DNA of 64,000 nucleotides from assembly GCA_041490825.1 (NCBI GenBank), contig JBGPTW010000001.1, positions 9,478 through 73,477 on the forward strand. The letters are read 5' to 3'. The DNA is from Candidatus Methylomirabilia bacterium (lineage in GTDB: Bacteria > Methylomirabilota > Methylomirabilia > Rokubacteriales > CSP1-6). The stretch's first letter is position 1, and every line of letters begins with the position of its first letter. Below the pieces are notes generated by a model. It was given only the letters and a program-made list of their open reading frames with translations, made no database searches and was not told the origin of the DNA. Of this stretch, positions 1-9,838 are shown piece by piece. The position numbers and the translations under genes are program-made.

Positions 1-75
1 AGCGAGTCGGCGAAGGCGAAGATCGAAGCCAAGGGAGGGCGCGTCGAGCTGCTCTCCGCCACGACGGCGTCGTGA
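1..75 (+). CDS. rplO: 50S ribosomal protein L15, C-terminal fragment
   Basis: Frame 1 reads SESAKAKIEAKGGRVELL...*, a typical uL15 C-terminus. The stop overlaps the secY GTG. Confidence 0.9.
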   Translation, partial: SESAKAKIEAKGGRVELLSATTAS

Positions 76-1406
76 TCGAAAGCCTGCAGTCCTTCCAGAA
101 CGTCTTCAAGATCCCGGAGCTCAAGCGCCGCATCCTGATCACGACCGGCTTGCTCATCGCCTACCGGGTCGGGGCGCACGTGCCGACCCCTGGAATCGAC
201 GGGCACGCGCTCGGCCAGTTCTTCGATCAGGTCCAGGGCACGCTCCTCGGCATGGTCGACTTGTTCTCGGGCGGGAACCTGCGCCGCCTCTCGATCTTTG
301 CGCTCGGCATCATGCCGTACATCTCGGCGTCCATCATCCTCCAGCTCCTCACCGTCGTGATCCCCGCGCTGGAGCGAATCGCCAAAGAGGGCGAGGCCGG
401 ACGCAAGAAGATTACCCAGTACACGCGGTACGGCACCATCGTCCTGTCCTCGGTGCAGGCGCTGGGCATCGCGTATGGCCTCGAGGGGATGCGAAGCCCG
501 ACCGGTGTCTCGATCGTTCCCACGACGGGCTGGGGCTTCCGCCTGCTGACGATGCTGACGCTCACCGCGGGCACCGCGCTCATCATGTGGCTCGGCGAGC
601 AGATCTCCGAGAAAGGCATTGGCAACGGCATCTCGCTGATCATCCTCGCCGGGATCGTCGTGCGGCTGCCGTCCGCGGTTTCGGCGTCGTACACGTTGAT
701 CACCACGGGTGAGCTGAAGCTCTTCGTGTTCGGGGTGATCATCGCGATGATGATCGCCGTCACCGCGGCCGTCGTGCTGATGCAGGAGGGCCAGCGGAAG
801 ATCCCAGTGCAGTACGCCAAGCGCGTCGTGGGCCGACGCGTCTACGGCGGGCAGTCGACGCACATCCCGTTGCGGATCAACACGGCGGGCGTCATTCCCG
901 TGATCTTCGCCTCGTCGCTGATCCTCTTCCCGGCGACGCTCACGCGATTCGTGCCGCATCCGTGGATGCAGGCGATCGCCGACGCGCTGTCACCAGGCCG
1001 CTTCACGTACACGCTGCTCTACATGGGCCTCATCATGTTCTTCACGTACTTCTACACGGCGATCGTGTTCAACCCGATCGACCTGGCGGACAACATGAAG
1101 AAGTACGGAGGGTTCATTCCGGGCGTTCGCCCCGGAAAGAAGACGGCGGAGTACATCGATCGCACGCTGACCCGCATCACGCTGCCCGGCGCCCTGTTCC
1201 TCGCGCTGATCTCGGTGCTCCCTGATCTCTTGATCCGCTGGTTCAACGTCCCGTTCTACTTCGGTGGCACCAGTCTCCTCATCGTGGTCGGCGTGGCCCT
1301 GGACACCGTGCGGCAGATGGAGTCGCATCTCCTGATGCGGAACTACGAAGGATTCCTGCGGCGGTCCAAAGCGCGCCCTAGCGGCGTCTTCGCGCGCAGG
1401 ACCTGA
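72..1406 (+). CDS. secY: preprotein translocase SecY
   Basis: SIFALGIMPYISASII, GIGNGISLII and FGGTSLLIVVGV motifs; spc operon position. Confidence 0.99.
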   Translation: MIESLQSFQNVFKIPELKRRILITTGLLIAYRVGAHVPTPGIDGHALGQFFDQVQGTLLGMVDLFSGGNLRRLSIFALGIMPYISASIILQLLTVVIPALERIAKEGEAGRKKITQYTRYGTIVLSSVQALGIAYGLEGMRSPTGVSIVPTTGWGFRLLTMLTLTAGTALIMWLGEQISEKGIGNGISLIILAGIVVRLPSAVSASYTLITTGELKLFVFGVIIAMMIAVTAAVVLMQEGQRKIPVQYAKRVVGRRVYGGQSTHIPLRINTAGVIPVIFASSLILFPATLTRFVPHPWMQAIADALSPGRFTYTLLYMGLIMFFTYFYTAIVFNPIDLADNMKKYGGFIPGVRPGKKTAEYIDRTLTRITLPGALFLALISVLPDLLIRWFNVPFYFGGTSLLIVVGVALDTVRQMESHLLMRNYEGFLRRSKARPSGVFARRT

Positions 1407-1410
1407 CGCG

Positions 1411-2061
1411 ATGCGGTTGGCCTTCCTCGGACCTCCAGGAGCCGGCAAGGGCACCCAGGCGCGCGCACTCGCGCGCGAGTGGGGTGTGCCGCACCTGGCG
1501 ACCGGGGACATGCTCCGTGAGGCGCTCGCCGCCGGCACGCCGCTCGGGCTCGCGGCCAAGCGCTACATGGACCAGGGCGCCCTCGTGCCTGACGACGTCA
1601 TCGTCGGTCTCATGCGCGAGCGGCTCGCGAACCCCGATGCCGCCACTGGCTTCATCGTCGATGGCTTTCCGCGCACGATCGCCCAGGCTGAGGCGCTGGC
1701 TCAGCTCCTCAAGAACATGGGCCGCGAGCTCGACGCCGTGATCTTCTTCGACGTCTCCGAGCCCGAGTTGCTCCGGCGCCTCACGGGAAGACGGGTCTGC
1801 CGCCTGTGCCAGTCGACCTATCACGTCATCTCGGCTCCTCCAAAGATGTCGGGCGTGTGCGACAAGTGTGGCGGCGAGCTCTACCAGCGCGACGACGACA
1901 GCGAGGCGACCGTGCGGAACCGGCTCGGTGTGTATGCGCGCCAAACGGCGCCGCTGCTCGACTATTACCGGGAGCGCGGTCTTCTCGTCACCGTGGCCGG
2001 CGAGGGCGCGATCGACACGATCCGCGCGGCCATCCGTCGCGCCACCGAGACAACAAGGTAG
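1411..2061 (+). CDS. adk: adenylate kinase (Zn-lid type)
   Basis: GPPGAGKGT P-loop, DGFPRT, CxxC...CxxC lid. Confidence 0.98.
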   Translation: MRLAFLGPPGAGKGTQARALAREWGVPHLATGDMLREALAAGTPLGLAAKRYMDQGALVPDDVIVGLMRERLANPDAATGFIVDGFPRTIAQAEALAQLLKNMGRELDAVIFFDVSEPELLRRLTGRRVCRLCQSTYHVISAPPKMSGVCDKCGGELYQRDDDSEATVRNRLGVYARQTAPLLDYYRERGLLVTVAGEGAIDTIRAAIRRATETTR

Positions 2062-2825
2062 TGATCGTTCTGAAATCGGCGCGCGAGATCGACCTGATGC
2101 GGCAGGGCGGCCGCATTCTTGCCGACATCATGGACCTCCTGCGCGGGTTTGTGAAGTCCGGGATGTCGACGCTGGAGATCGACGAAGAGGTCGAAGCGTT
2201 CATTCGAAAGCAAGGGGCGCGTCCCGCCTTCAAGGGCTACCGAGGATTTCCGGCGACCGTGTGCATCTCCATCAACGAGGAGATCGTTCACGGGATTCCG
2301 TCGGCGCACCGGCGGATCAAGGAGGGCGACATCGTCGGACTGGACCTCGGGTGTATCGTGGATGGGTACTACGCCGACTGCGCTTTCACCCTCGCCATCG
2401 GACCAGTGCCGGACGAGGTCCAGAAGCTGATCGACGTCACCCGGGAAAGTCTGGAGCTGGCCATCGAGGCGTGTGTCCCGGGTCGCCGGCTGTCCGACGT
2501 TTCCCATACCGTCCAGAGTCACGTGGAGCGGCACGGGCTGGCAGTCGTCCGGGCGTTCGTCGGGCACGGCATCGGTCGCGCGCTCCACGAGGAACCGCAG
2601 GTGCCCAACTTCGGGGAGCCAGGTCGCGGACCGCAGCTTCGCCCCGGCATGGTGCTGGCGATCGAGCCCATGGTGACGATGGGAAGCTGGGATGTTCGCA
2701 TTCTCGACGACGGGTGGACCGCGGTGACGAAGGACGGCAGCCTGGCCGCCCACTTCGAACATACGATTGCGGTGACCGACAATGGGCCCGACGTGCTGAC
2801 CCGAAAAGCGGCGAAAGCCGCGTGA
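2061..2825 (+). CDS. map: methionine aminopeptidase type I
   Basis: GTG start overlaps the adk stop; HGIP, GHGIG, HEEP, AIEPM, AHFEHT motifs. Confidence 0.97.
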   Translation: MIVLKSAREIDLMRQGGRILADIMDLLRGFVKSGMSTLEIDEEVEAFIRKQGARPAFKGYRGFPATVCISINEEIVHGIPSAHRRIKEGDIVGLDLGCIVDGYYADCAFTLAIGPVPDEVQKLIDVTRESLELAIEACVPGRRLSDVSHTVQSHVERHGLAVVRAFVGHGIGRALHEEPQVPNFGEPGRGPQLRPGMVLAIEPMVTMGSWDVRILDDGWTAVTKDGSLAAHFEHTIAVTDNGPDVLTRKAAKAA

Positions 2826-2838
2826 GCTTGGCGACAGC

Positions 2839-3057
2839 ATGCCGAAGGGAGACGCGATTGAAGTGGAGGGCACCGTGGTCGAGCCGCTGCCCAACGCGAT
2901 GTTCCGGGTGGAGCTCGAGAATGGCCATCGGGTGCTGGCGCACGTCAGCGGCAAGATGCGGATGAACTTCATCCGGATCCTGCCGGGCGACCGCGTCAAG
3001 GTCGAGCTGTCGCCGTATGACCTCACGCGGGGCCGTATCACGTACCGGTTCAAGTGA
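2839..3057 (+). CDS. infA: translation initiation factor IF-1
   Basis: [13 protein letters not shown]...[18 protein letters not shown]. Confidence 0.99.
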   Translation: MPKGDAIEVEGTVVEPLPNAMFRVELENGHRVLAHVSGKMRMNFIRILPGDRVKVELSPYDLTRGRITYRFK

Positions 3058-3085
3058 TAGCCGTAGCGAGAATAGAGGCGAACGA

Positions 3086-3199
3086 GTGAAAGTCCGACCG
3101 TCAGTCAAGGTGCGCTGCGAACATTGCAAGATCGTGAAGCGCGCGGGCGTGACCCGCATCATCTGCAAAAACCCGCGGCACAAGCAGCGACAAGGCTAG
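3086..3199 (+). CDS. rpmJ: 50S ribosomal protein L36 (Zn-binding type)
   Basis: GTG start; MKVRPSVK...CEHC...[12 protein letters not shown], 37 aa. Confidence 0.98.
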   Translation: MKVRPSVKVRCEHCKIVKRAGVTRIICKNPRHKQRQG

Positions 3200-3210
3200 G
3201 GGAGCGACAC

Positions 3211-3621
3211 ATGGCGAGAGTGGCTGGCGTGGATCTGCCCCGAGAGAAGCGCGGCGAGGTCGCGCTGACGTACATCTACGGGATCGGCGTGCCGACGTCG
3301 CGGCGGGTGCTGCGCGAGGCGAACGTGGACCCGAACAAGCGCGTCAAGGCCTGGAACGACGACGAGGTCGGCCGCGTCCGGGCAATCATCGAGCGTGCGC
3401 TGAAGGTCGAGGGTGATCTTCGGCGCGAGGTGTCGATGAACGTCAAGCGCCTGATGGACATCGGCGCGTACCGGGGCATCCGTCACCGTCGCGGTCTGCC
3501 GGTCCGGGGGCAGCGCACGCACACGAACGCCCGCACGCGGAAAGGCCCGCGGCGCGGCGTCATGATCAAGAAGAAGCCGAGTGCGGCCCCGACGGCGCCG
3601 GCGAAGAAGGCGGGAGCATAA
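3211..3621 (+). CDS. rpsM: 30S ribosomal protein S13
   Basis: [10 protein letters not shown]...[18 protein letters not shown]; GGAG SD upstream. Confidence 0.99.
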   Translation: MARVAGVDLPREKRGEVALTYIYGIGVPTSRRVLREANVDPNKRVKAWNDDEVGRVRAIIERALKVEGDLRREVSMNVKRLMDIGAYRGIRHRRGLPVRGQRTHTNARTRKGPRRGVMIKKKPSAAPTAPAKKAGA

Positions 3622-3624
3622 GAC

Positions 3625-4035
3625 ATGGCTGACGAGAAGGGCAAGCCGGCCCCCAAGAAGAAGGGCGGCAAGAAGCGTGAGCGTCGCGAGGTCCGGACGG
3701 GCATCGCGCACGTGCAGGCGACGTTCAACAACACGATCGTGACGCTGACGGACAAGATGGGCAACGTCGTGTCCTGGTCGAGCGCGGGCACCGCCGGCTT
3801 CAAGGGCTCGCGGAAGAGCACGCCCTTCGCCGCGCAGACTGCGGCCGAGCTGGCCGCGCGGAAGGCGATGGAGTTCGGGCTCAAGCAGATCGAAGTCTTC
3901 GTCCGGGGCCCCGGTGCCGGCCGCGAGGCGGCTATCCGGTCGCTGCAGGCGGTGGGGCTCGAAGTCACCGCGATCCGTGACGTCACACCGATTCCCCACG
4001 ACGGCTGCCGCCCGCCCAAGCGGCGGCGGGTGTAG
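3625..4035 (+). CDS. rpsK: 30S ribosomal protein S11
   Basis: [40 protein letters not shown]. Confidence 0.99.
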   Translation: MADEKGKPAPKKKGGKKRERREVRTGIAHVQATFNNTIVTLTDKMGNVVSWSSAGTAGFKGSRKSTPFAAQTAAELAARKAMEFGLKQIEVFVRGPGAGREAAIRSLQAVGLEVTAIRDVTPIPHDGCRPPKRRRV

Positions 4036-4044
4036 GAGGCGGAC

Positions 4045-4668
4045 GTGGCGCGATATCGTGACGCGAAGTGCCGGCTCTGCCGGCGTGAAGGCATGAAGCT
4101 GTTCCTGAAGGGTGCACGATGCTTCACCGACAAATGCGCCATCGAGCGCCGGAACTATCCGCCGGGTCAGCACGGACTGAGCCGGGGCAAGCTCACGCCG
4201 TTCGGCGTGCAGCTCCGCGAGAAGCAGAAGGCCAAGCGGATCTACGGCGTGATCGAGGGGCAATTCCGCAAGTACTTCGAATGGGCCGAGCGCGAGAAGG
4301 GTGTCACCGGAGAGAATCTATTGAGGCTCCTCGAGTGCCGCCTCGACAACGTGGTTCATCGCTTGGGGTTCGCGGCGTCGCGGCGGGAAGCCCGCCAGAT
4401 GGTCGCGCACGGTCACTTCCAGGTCAATGGTCGCAAGGTCAGCGTCCCCTCGTTCCTGGTCTCGGTGGGCGACGTGGTGCAGGTCCGCCCGAGCTCGAAG
4501 CATCAGGCGCGCGTGGACGACAATCTCAACGCCGGTCGCGGCCAGATCCCGCAGTGGCTCGACCTCGATCCGAACGAGAAGAAGGGCACGGTGCGGAGCC
4601 TGCCGCTTCGCGAGGACATCCAGATCCCCGTGGCGGAGCAGCTCATCGTCGAGCTCTACAGCAAGTAG
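4045..4668 (+). CDS. rpsD: 30S ribosomal protein S4 (Zn-binding type)
   Basis: [24 protein letters not shown]...[16 protein letters not shown]. Confidence 0.99.
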   Translation: MARYRDAKCRLCRREGMKLFLKGARCFTDKCAIERRNYPPGQHGLSRGKLTPFGVQLREKQKAKRIYGVIEGQFRKYFEWAEREKGVTGENLLRLLECRLDNVVHRLGFAASRREARQMVAHGHFQVNGRKVSVPSFLVSVGDVVQVRPSSKHQARVDDNLNAGRGQIPQWLDLDPNEKKGTVRSLPLREDIQIPVAEQLIVELYSK

Positions 4669-4682
4669 CGAAAGGCGTACTC

Positions 4683-5657
4683 ATGCCGCGTATTCCGTTC
4701 CAGAAGCCGAAAAAGGTCGAGTGGGAGATCCTGAGCGAGCGGTACGGCCGTCTCGTGGCCGAACCCTTCGAGAAGGGCTACGGGTTGACGACGGGCAACT
4801 CGCTGCGGCGCACCTTGTTGTCGATCGTCGCCGGCGCCGCCGTGTCCTGGGTGAAGATCGACGGCGTCAGGAGCGCCGAGGCCAAGATTCCCGGCGTCAC
4901 CGACAGCACGATCGACGTGCTCCTGAATCTCAAGAAGCTCGCCATCCAGATCCCCGCCGGCGAGCCGCGGACGATCCCGATGCAAGTCAAGGGACCCCGC
5001 GAGGTCACGGGCGCCGACGTCCCTGAAACGGACGTCGAGATCCTGAATCCCGAGATTCATCTCTTCACCATCGAGAGCGCCACGACGGTGACCATGGAGC
5101 TGGGCGTCGGCGTCGGGCGTGGATACGAAGCCGCCGACCGGAAGGCGATCCCCGTGCCGACCGGCGCGCTGCCGCTCGACGCGGCGTACTCGCCGATCAC
5201 ACGGGTGTCGTACAACGTCGAGATGTCGCGCCTGGGCAAGATCACCGACTACGAGAAGCTCGTGCTCGAGATCTGGACCAACGGTTCGGTTGGCCCGGAC
5301 GACGCGCTCACCCGGGCTGCGACCTACTTGAAAGACCACTTCGCGCCGCTCACCACGCCGAGCCCCGACGACGAAGCCGAGGCCGCCTCGGGCGAGGCGT
5401 ATCTGCGCGATGCGCTCGGCAAGACGCTCGAAGAGCTGCCGTTGCCGGCCCGCGCCATCAACGCGCTCAAGACCGCCGACCTGAAGATCGTGGCCGACCT
5501 CGCGCAGAAGACCGAGGCTGATCTGGAGGACGTGAAGAACCTTGGCGAGAAATCGATCGACGAGATCAAGGCGGCGCTCGCGTCGCTCGGACTGTCGCTC
5601 GGCATGCGGATCGATCCCAACGTGCTGGGCGCGCTCGGCCGGGGGGTGGTTCGATGA
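4683..5657 (+). CDS. rpoA: DNA-directed RNA polymerase alpha subunit (divergent)
   Basis: [42 protein letters not shown]; lies between rpsD and rplQ. Confidence 0.95.
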   Translation: MPRIPFQKPKKVEWEILSERYGRLVAEPFEKGYGLTTGNSLRRTLLSIVAGAAVSWVKIDGVRSAEAKIPGVTDSTIDVLLNLKKLAIQIPAGEPRTIPMQVKGPREVTGADVPETDVEILNPEIHLFTIESATTVTMELGVGVGRGYEAADRKAIPVPTGALPLDAAYSPITRVSYNVEMSRLGKITDYEKLVLEIWTNGSVGPDDALTRAATYLKDHFAPLTTPSPDDEAEAASGEAYLRDALGKTLEELPLPARAINALKTADLKIVADLAQKTEADLEDVKNLGEKSIDEIKAALASLGLSLGMRIDPNVLGALGRGVVR

Positions 5658-6124
5658 GGCACGGTGTCGCCGGGTTCAAGCTCGGCCGGCGGACGCAGCA
5701 CCGGTGGGCGCTGTTTCGCAATCTGCTCATCTCGCTCTTCCGCTACGAGCGCATCACCACCACCGAGGCCAAGGCGAAGGCGATGCGTGGCCTGGCCGAC
5801 CACGTGATCACGCTGGCCAAGCGGGAGAATCTGCACGCTCGCCGGCAAGTCTTGGCCCTCGTCCCTGACGTGGCCGTCGTGCGGCGGATCTTCGACACGA
5901 TTGCGGCGCGCTTCACCGATCGGCACGGCGGGTACACGCGGATCATCAAGGCCGGCGTGCGGCGAGGTGACGCGGCCTCAATGGTGCTGCTGGAGCTGGT
6001 GGATCGCCCTGAAGTGCCGAAGGATACGGCGAAGGGCGACAAGAAAGAGAAAGCGCCCAGAGGCGAGGCCGGCGCAACCGGCAAGCGGAAGAAGAAAGAA
6101 AAGGCCGCCGCCGCGTCCGCGTAG
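5654..6124 (+). CDS. rplQ: 50S ribosomal protein L17
   Basis: MRHG...ITTTEAKAK...GGYTRIIK...RRGDAA. Confidence 0.99.
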   Translation: MRHGVAGFKLGRRTQHRWALFRNLLISLFRYERITTTEAKAKAMRGLADHVITLAKRENLHARRQVLALVPDVAVVRRIFDTIAARFTDRHGGYTRIIKAGVRRGDAASMVLLELVDRPEVPKDTAKGDKKEKAPRGEAGATGKRKKKEKAAAASA

Positions 6125-6140
6125 CGATTCCCGCGAAAAC

Positions 6141-6208
6141 GCGCCGAAGGGCGCACACCTCAGTTGCGCGAATGACCCACTCGCACTGAGGTGTGCGCCC
6201 TTCGGCGC
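6141..6208. terminator. perfect 24-bp inverted repeat between convergent rplQ and egtD
   Basis: GCGCCGAAGGGCGCACACCTCAGT (6141-6164) is the reverse complement of 6185-6208. No strong U-tract follows. Confidence 0.6.
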
Positions 6209-6269
6209 TTCCGCCAGCCTCCCCCGCTTCGCGCTCGCCAAGCGTCTCTTCAGCAGTTTCCCGTGCGGG

Positions 6270-7286
6270 TCAGGCGATCGTAGTCAGCACGTTTGCGCTG
6301 AAGCGCCGTCCGGAATCGAGCCACCGGTGGTCCACGACGAAGCCCGTCGCAGCCGCGAGCGCGTCGATCTCCTCGGGGGAGTACTTGTACGAGTTCTCGG
6401 TATGAATCATCTCGCCAGCGGCGAACGGCACCTCGAGCCCGAGCGCGTCGATCGTGACGATCTGGCTGCGGTCGCTCACGAGATACATCTCGATCCGGCC
6501 TTGATCCTCGTCGTAGACCGCCCGGTGCCGGAAGTGGGCCAGGTCGAAGTGGCCGCCGAGCTCCCGGTTGATCCGCGTCAGGAGATTCAAGTTGAAGGCA
6601 GCCGTGACGCCACGCTCGTCGTCATAGGCCCGTTCCAGGACCGCGCGCTCCTTGCGCAAGTCGACGCCGATCAGCAGACGGTCGCCGGCGGACACGAGGC
6701 TTCGTACGTCGTTCAAGAACGCGATGGCCTCTTCGCGTGTGAGGTTTCCGATGTTCGATCCGAGCCACAGGACGAGCTTCGGTTGCCCGGCGTAACCCCG
6801 CAGGTGCTGGAGGCCGTCACCGTATTCCGCCGCGACCATCTCGATCTCGAGCTCCGGATACCGCGCCAGCAACGCCTTGGCGCTGTCGTCGAGCGCCGAT
6901 CGTGACACGTCGACAGGGACGTAGCGCAGGACGCCGTGCCTGGCCAGCAACGCCTCGATGATCAGCCGCGTCTTGACCGCGCTTCCGCTGCCGAGCTCCA
7001 CGAGCACGACGCCCGGCGCCGTCATGCTCGCCAGCTCGATCGCGTGCGACGACAGCACTTCGCGCTCGGCGCGCGTCAGGTAGTACTCCGGCAGGTCGCA
7101 GATCTCGTCGAACAGCCGCGACCCTTCGTCGTCGTAGAAATACCGGCACGCCAGACGTTTCGGCGCGCTGGTGAGCCCGACCCGGACGTCGCGCGCGAAG
7201 TCATCCCGTTCGCGGCCCATGCCGGCGTCGACCCGTTGCAGACGTGCCGCCGGTCCCGCGCTGCTCTTCAGCGGTCCAGCGCGCAT
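6270..7286 (-). CDS. egtD: L-histidine N-alpha-trimethyltransferase
   Basis: YFYDDEGSRLFDEICDLPEYYLTRAE, VELGSG, LGSNIGN, YDDERGVTAAFNLNLL, IHTENSYKY. Start is 7286 or 7220. Confidence 0.95.
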   Translation of the reverse strand: MRAGPLKSSAGPAARLQRVDAGMGRERDDFARDVRVGLTSAPKRLACRYFYDDEGSRLFDEICDLPEYYLTRAEREVLSSHAIELASMTAPGVVLVELGSGSAVKTRLIIEALLARHGVLRYVPVDVSRSALDDSAKALLARYPELEIEMVAAEYGDGLQHLRGYAGQPKLVLWLGSNIGNLTREEAIAFLNDVRSLVSAGDRLLIGVDLRKERAVLERAYDDERGVTAAFNLNLLTRINRELGGHFDLAHFRHRAVYDEDQGRIEMYLVSDRSQIVTIDALGLEVPFAAGEMIHTENSYKYSPEEIDALAAATGFVVDHRWLDSGRRFSANVLTTIA

Positions 7287-8587
7287 GTCCTGAACCCCGC
7301 CCAAACGTCTCGGCGGTCCGGGGTGTAGAAGTTCCGCCACGTGTTTCGCAGCAGTCGTGCTCGCGTGGTCCAGCCGCCGCCGCGAAGCACCTTGTGAGTG
7401 CCGAACCACGGCTCGGAGTATTCCTTGTACGGGTCGCGCTCGAACCCCGGGTAGGGCATGAAGTCGCTGCTCGTCCACTCCCACACATTGCCGATCATGT
7501 GACGGCAGCCGAACGCGCTGTCGCCGTCGGGCAAGGCGCCGACGTCGACGCAGCCCATCGCCGACCAGTCCAGCGCCGCGCGCTCCGAAGACGGTGGCGT
7601 ATCACCCCAGGGGAAGCGTCGCTTGCGCGGAGACAGCCGGCTGCCCGTGCTGTCCGGCTCGCCCGCCGCGGCGACCTCCCACTCCACCTCGGTGGGTAAT
7701 CGACGGCCCGCCCACCGGCACCACGCCTCGGCCTCGTACCAGTTGACGTGGATCACGGGACGGTGTGGCTCGAGCGACACCCAGCGGTCGAAGTGTCGGC
7801 GCAGCCAGGCCCCATCGCCGACCGCACGCCAGTACACGGGGTGCCTGGCGCCCGCCGCCTGCCGCCAGCGCAACCCATCGACGCTCCAGAACTCGTCCCG
7901 CCGATAGCCGCCCTCGTCGACGAAGCGAGCGAAGTCCTCCTGCGTGATGGGCGCCCGCGCGATCCGGAACGCCTGCACGTCAACAGGGTGCGCCCATTTC
8001 TCGTTGTCGAACACGAAGGTTTCGTCGCGCGATGCGCCGACGCAGAAGGTTCCGCCCGGAACGCCAACGTCCCCGACCAATGGACCTCCGCCAGCCAGAT
8101 TCTGGCCCGGCGACAGCGACAGCCGGGGCGGCGGGTAGCCAAGGGTCTGGCGCGTGTAGCTGAACGCCTCGTCGTGCATGTCCTCGTGGAAGACCGAGAG
8201 CAGGACGAAGTATAGCTCTTTCGGATCGCGTGCACCGACTGCGAGCCGGGACAGCACCCGATCGCGGACTGCTCTCAGATAGGCTAGCGTCTCACCGCGC
8301 GGGGGGAGTGGCAGGTCCCAGCGGGTGTCGTGAGACACGACAGCGGAATTGTACAGGCTCGCGCCGTCCGTTCGCACCGGCGGTAACCCCGCGGCATGGC
8401 GGAGCGCCCAGTGCTCCTGAAACCAGGCGACGTGACCGATCTCCCAGTGGAGCGGGTTCACGATCGACAGGCGAGGCCCGATGAGTTCCTCGTCGGAGAG
8501 ATCGTCGACCAGCTCGAGAGTTCGCGTTCTGGCCTCGGCGACCCAGGAGGCTATCGGCAAGCATGCGATGTCTTCGCCCGATGTCAT
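7268..8587 (-). CDS. DinB + FGE-sulfatase non-heme Fe sulfoxide/selenoxide synthase, SenA-like (EgtB superfamily)
   Basis: NPLHWEIGHVAWFQE, HDTRWDLPLP, HEDMH metal motif, GNVWEW, RNFYTPDRRDVWAGFRTC. From memory these motifs are closer to SenA than to HEQQH-type EgtB. Confidence 0.8.
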   Translation of the reverse strand: MTSGEDIACLPIASWVAEARTRTLELVDDLSDEELIGPRLSIVNPLHWEIGHVAWFQEHWALRHAAGLPPVRTDGASLYNSAVVSHDTRWDLPLPPRGETLAYLRAVRDRVLSRLAVGARDPKELYFVLLSVFHEDMHDEAFSYTRQTLGYPPPRLSLSPGQNLAGGGPLVGDVGVPGGTFCVGASRDETFVFDNEKWAHPVDVQAFRIARAPITQEDFARFVDEGGYRRDEFWSVDGLRWRQAAGARHPVYWRAVGDGAWLRRHFDRWVSLEPHRPVIHVNWYEAEAWCRWAGRRLPTEVEWEVAAAGEPDSTGSRLSPRKRRFPWGDTPPSSERAALDWSAMGCVDVGALPDGDSAFGCRHMIGNVWEWTSSDFMPYPGFERDPYKEYSEPWFGTHKVLRGGGWTTRARLLRNTWRNFYTPDRRDVWAGFRTCALDR

Positions 8588-8622
8588 TGGGTTGACCAAT
8601 AATACCGTGCATCGGCCGCGGC

Positions 8623-8651
8623 TTGACGGTTGTCCGTTACGACGCTAAGCT
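8623..8651 (+). promoter_or_regulatory. sigma70-type promoter for the fbp remnant/fbaB
   Basis: TTGACG-N17-TAAGCT. Confidence 0.6.
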
Positions 8652-8687
8652 CGTCGCACTCGTGCGTCGTCCCTCTCCTGTCGAGCC

Positions 8688-8873
8688 GTGCCGATTCACC
8701 GCTATGTCGCGCATCTGCTCACCCAGGACGGGGAGTCCGGGTGGCCAAACGGCGCGCGCCATGTTGGCTCGCTCGTGACCGACGTTCACCGTACACTGCT
8801 CGAGGGCGGCGTGTTTCTGTACCCGGACGACGACGTGGCGCTAGCCGAAGACTTCGTAGCAGGACGCCGCTGA
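8688..8873 (+). pseudogene. fbp: remnant of class 1 fructose-1,6-bisphosphatase
   Basis: [24 protein letters not shown] matches the FBPase RY.GSLVAD.HR.L..GG.F.YP motif and is fused directly to a C-terminal DDVALAEDF. It lies upstream of an aldolase. Confidence 0.75.
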
Positions 8874-8893
8874 GAGGCGACGAGGAGGACATC

Positions 8894-9817
8894 ATGTCGG
8901 AACGCGCACAAGAGATCCTGAGCTGGTACGGCAGCGACAATCCCGGGACGCTCACCAACCTTGCCAGGCTCCTGAATCACGGCGCCCTCGCCGGGACCGG
9001 CAAGCTCGTGATCCTGCCGGTCGACCAGGGCTTCGAGCACGGCCCGGCGCGCAGCTTTGCGATGAACTCGCCGGCGTACGACCCGCGGTACCACTTCGAG
9101 CTGGCGATCGCGGCCGGGTGTAACGCCTACGCCGCTCCGCTGGGTTTTCTCGAGGCCGGCGCGCGCGAGTTCGCGGGACAGGTCCCGTTGATCCTGAAGC
9201 TGAACAATCACGACGTTCTGCTCGAGGAGAAGGACCCCGACCAGGCGATCACCGGCAGCGTGCGTGACGCGATCCGGCTCGGGTGCGTCGGTATCGGCTA
9301 CACGATCTATCCGGGCTCGGTCCATCGTCTGGAGATGTACAGCCAGCTCCGTGCCCTCGCCGAAGAAGCGAAGCAGCATGGCCTGGCGGTGATCGTATGG
9401 TCCTATCCCCGCGGGTCGGGGCTGTCGAAGGAGGGCGAGACTGCGCTCGACGTGACCGCGTACGCGGCGCACATCGCGGCCCAGCTCGGCGCCCACGTCA
9501 TCAAGGTCAAGCTGCCGACCGCGCACCTCGAGCAGGCGGCGGCGAAGAAGATCTACGAAAAAGAGGACGTGCCGCTGGGGACGCTGGCCGAGCGGGTCCG
9601 GCATGTCGTGCAGTCGACCTTCGACGGGCGCCGGATCGTCATCTTCTCCGGAGGCGCCGCCGACACGGACGCCGCAGTGTTCGAGCAGGTGCGAGCAATC
9701 CGCGACGGAGGCGGGTTCGGCTCCATCATCGGGCGCAACTCGTTCCAGCGGAAAAAACCCGAAGCGCTGCGCTTTCTCCGGAGCGTGATCGACATCTACG
9801 CGGGCACCGCGAAGTAG
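8894..9817 (+). CDS. fbaB: class I fructose-bisphosphate aldolase (DhnA/FbaB)
   Basis: LPVDQGFEHGP, WSYPRG, IKVK Schiff-base Lys, GSIIGRNSFQR; GAGGAGG SD. Confidence 0.95.
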   Translation: MSERAQEILSWYGSDNPGTLTNLARLLNHGALAGTGKLVILPVDQGFEHGPARSFAMNSPAYDPRYHFELAIAAGCNAYAAPLGFLEAGAREFAGQVPLILKLNNHDVLLEEKDPDQAITGSVRDAIRLGCVGIGYTIYPGSVHRLEMYSQLRALAEEAKQHGLAVIVWSYPRGSGLSKEGETALDVTAYAAHIAAQLGAHVIKVKLPTAHLEQAAAKKIYEKEDVPLGTLAERVRHVVQSTFDGRRIVIFSGGAADTDAAVFEQVRAIRDGGGFGSIIGRNSFQRKKPEALRFLRSVIDIYAGTAK

Positions 9818-9838
9818 CGGCGCCCGCCTCGTCGCTCG

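Noticed and set aside
7268-8587. Selenocysteine recoding near the SenA-like gene
   Set aside because: Both ORFs are full length with no internal TGA needing readthrough.
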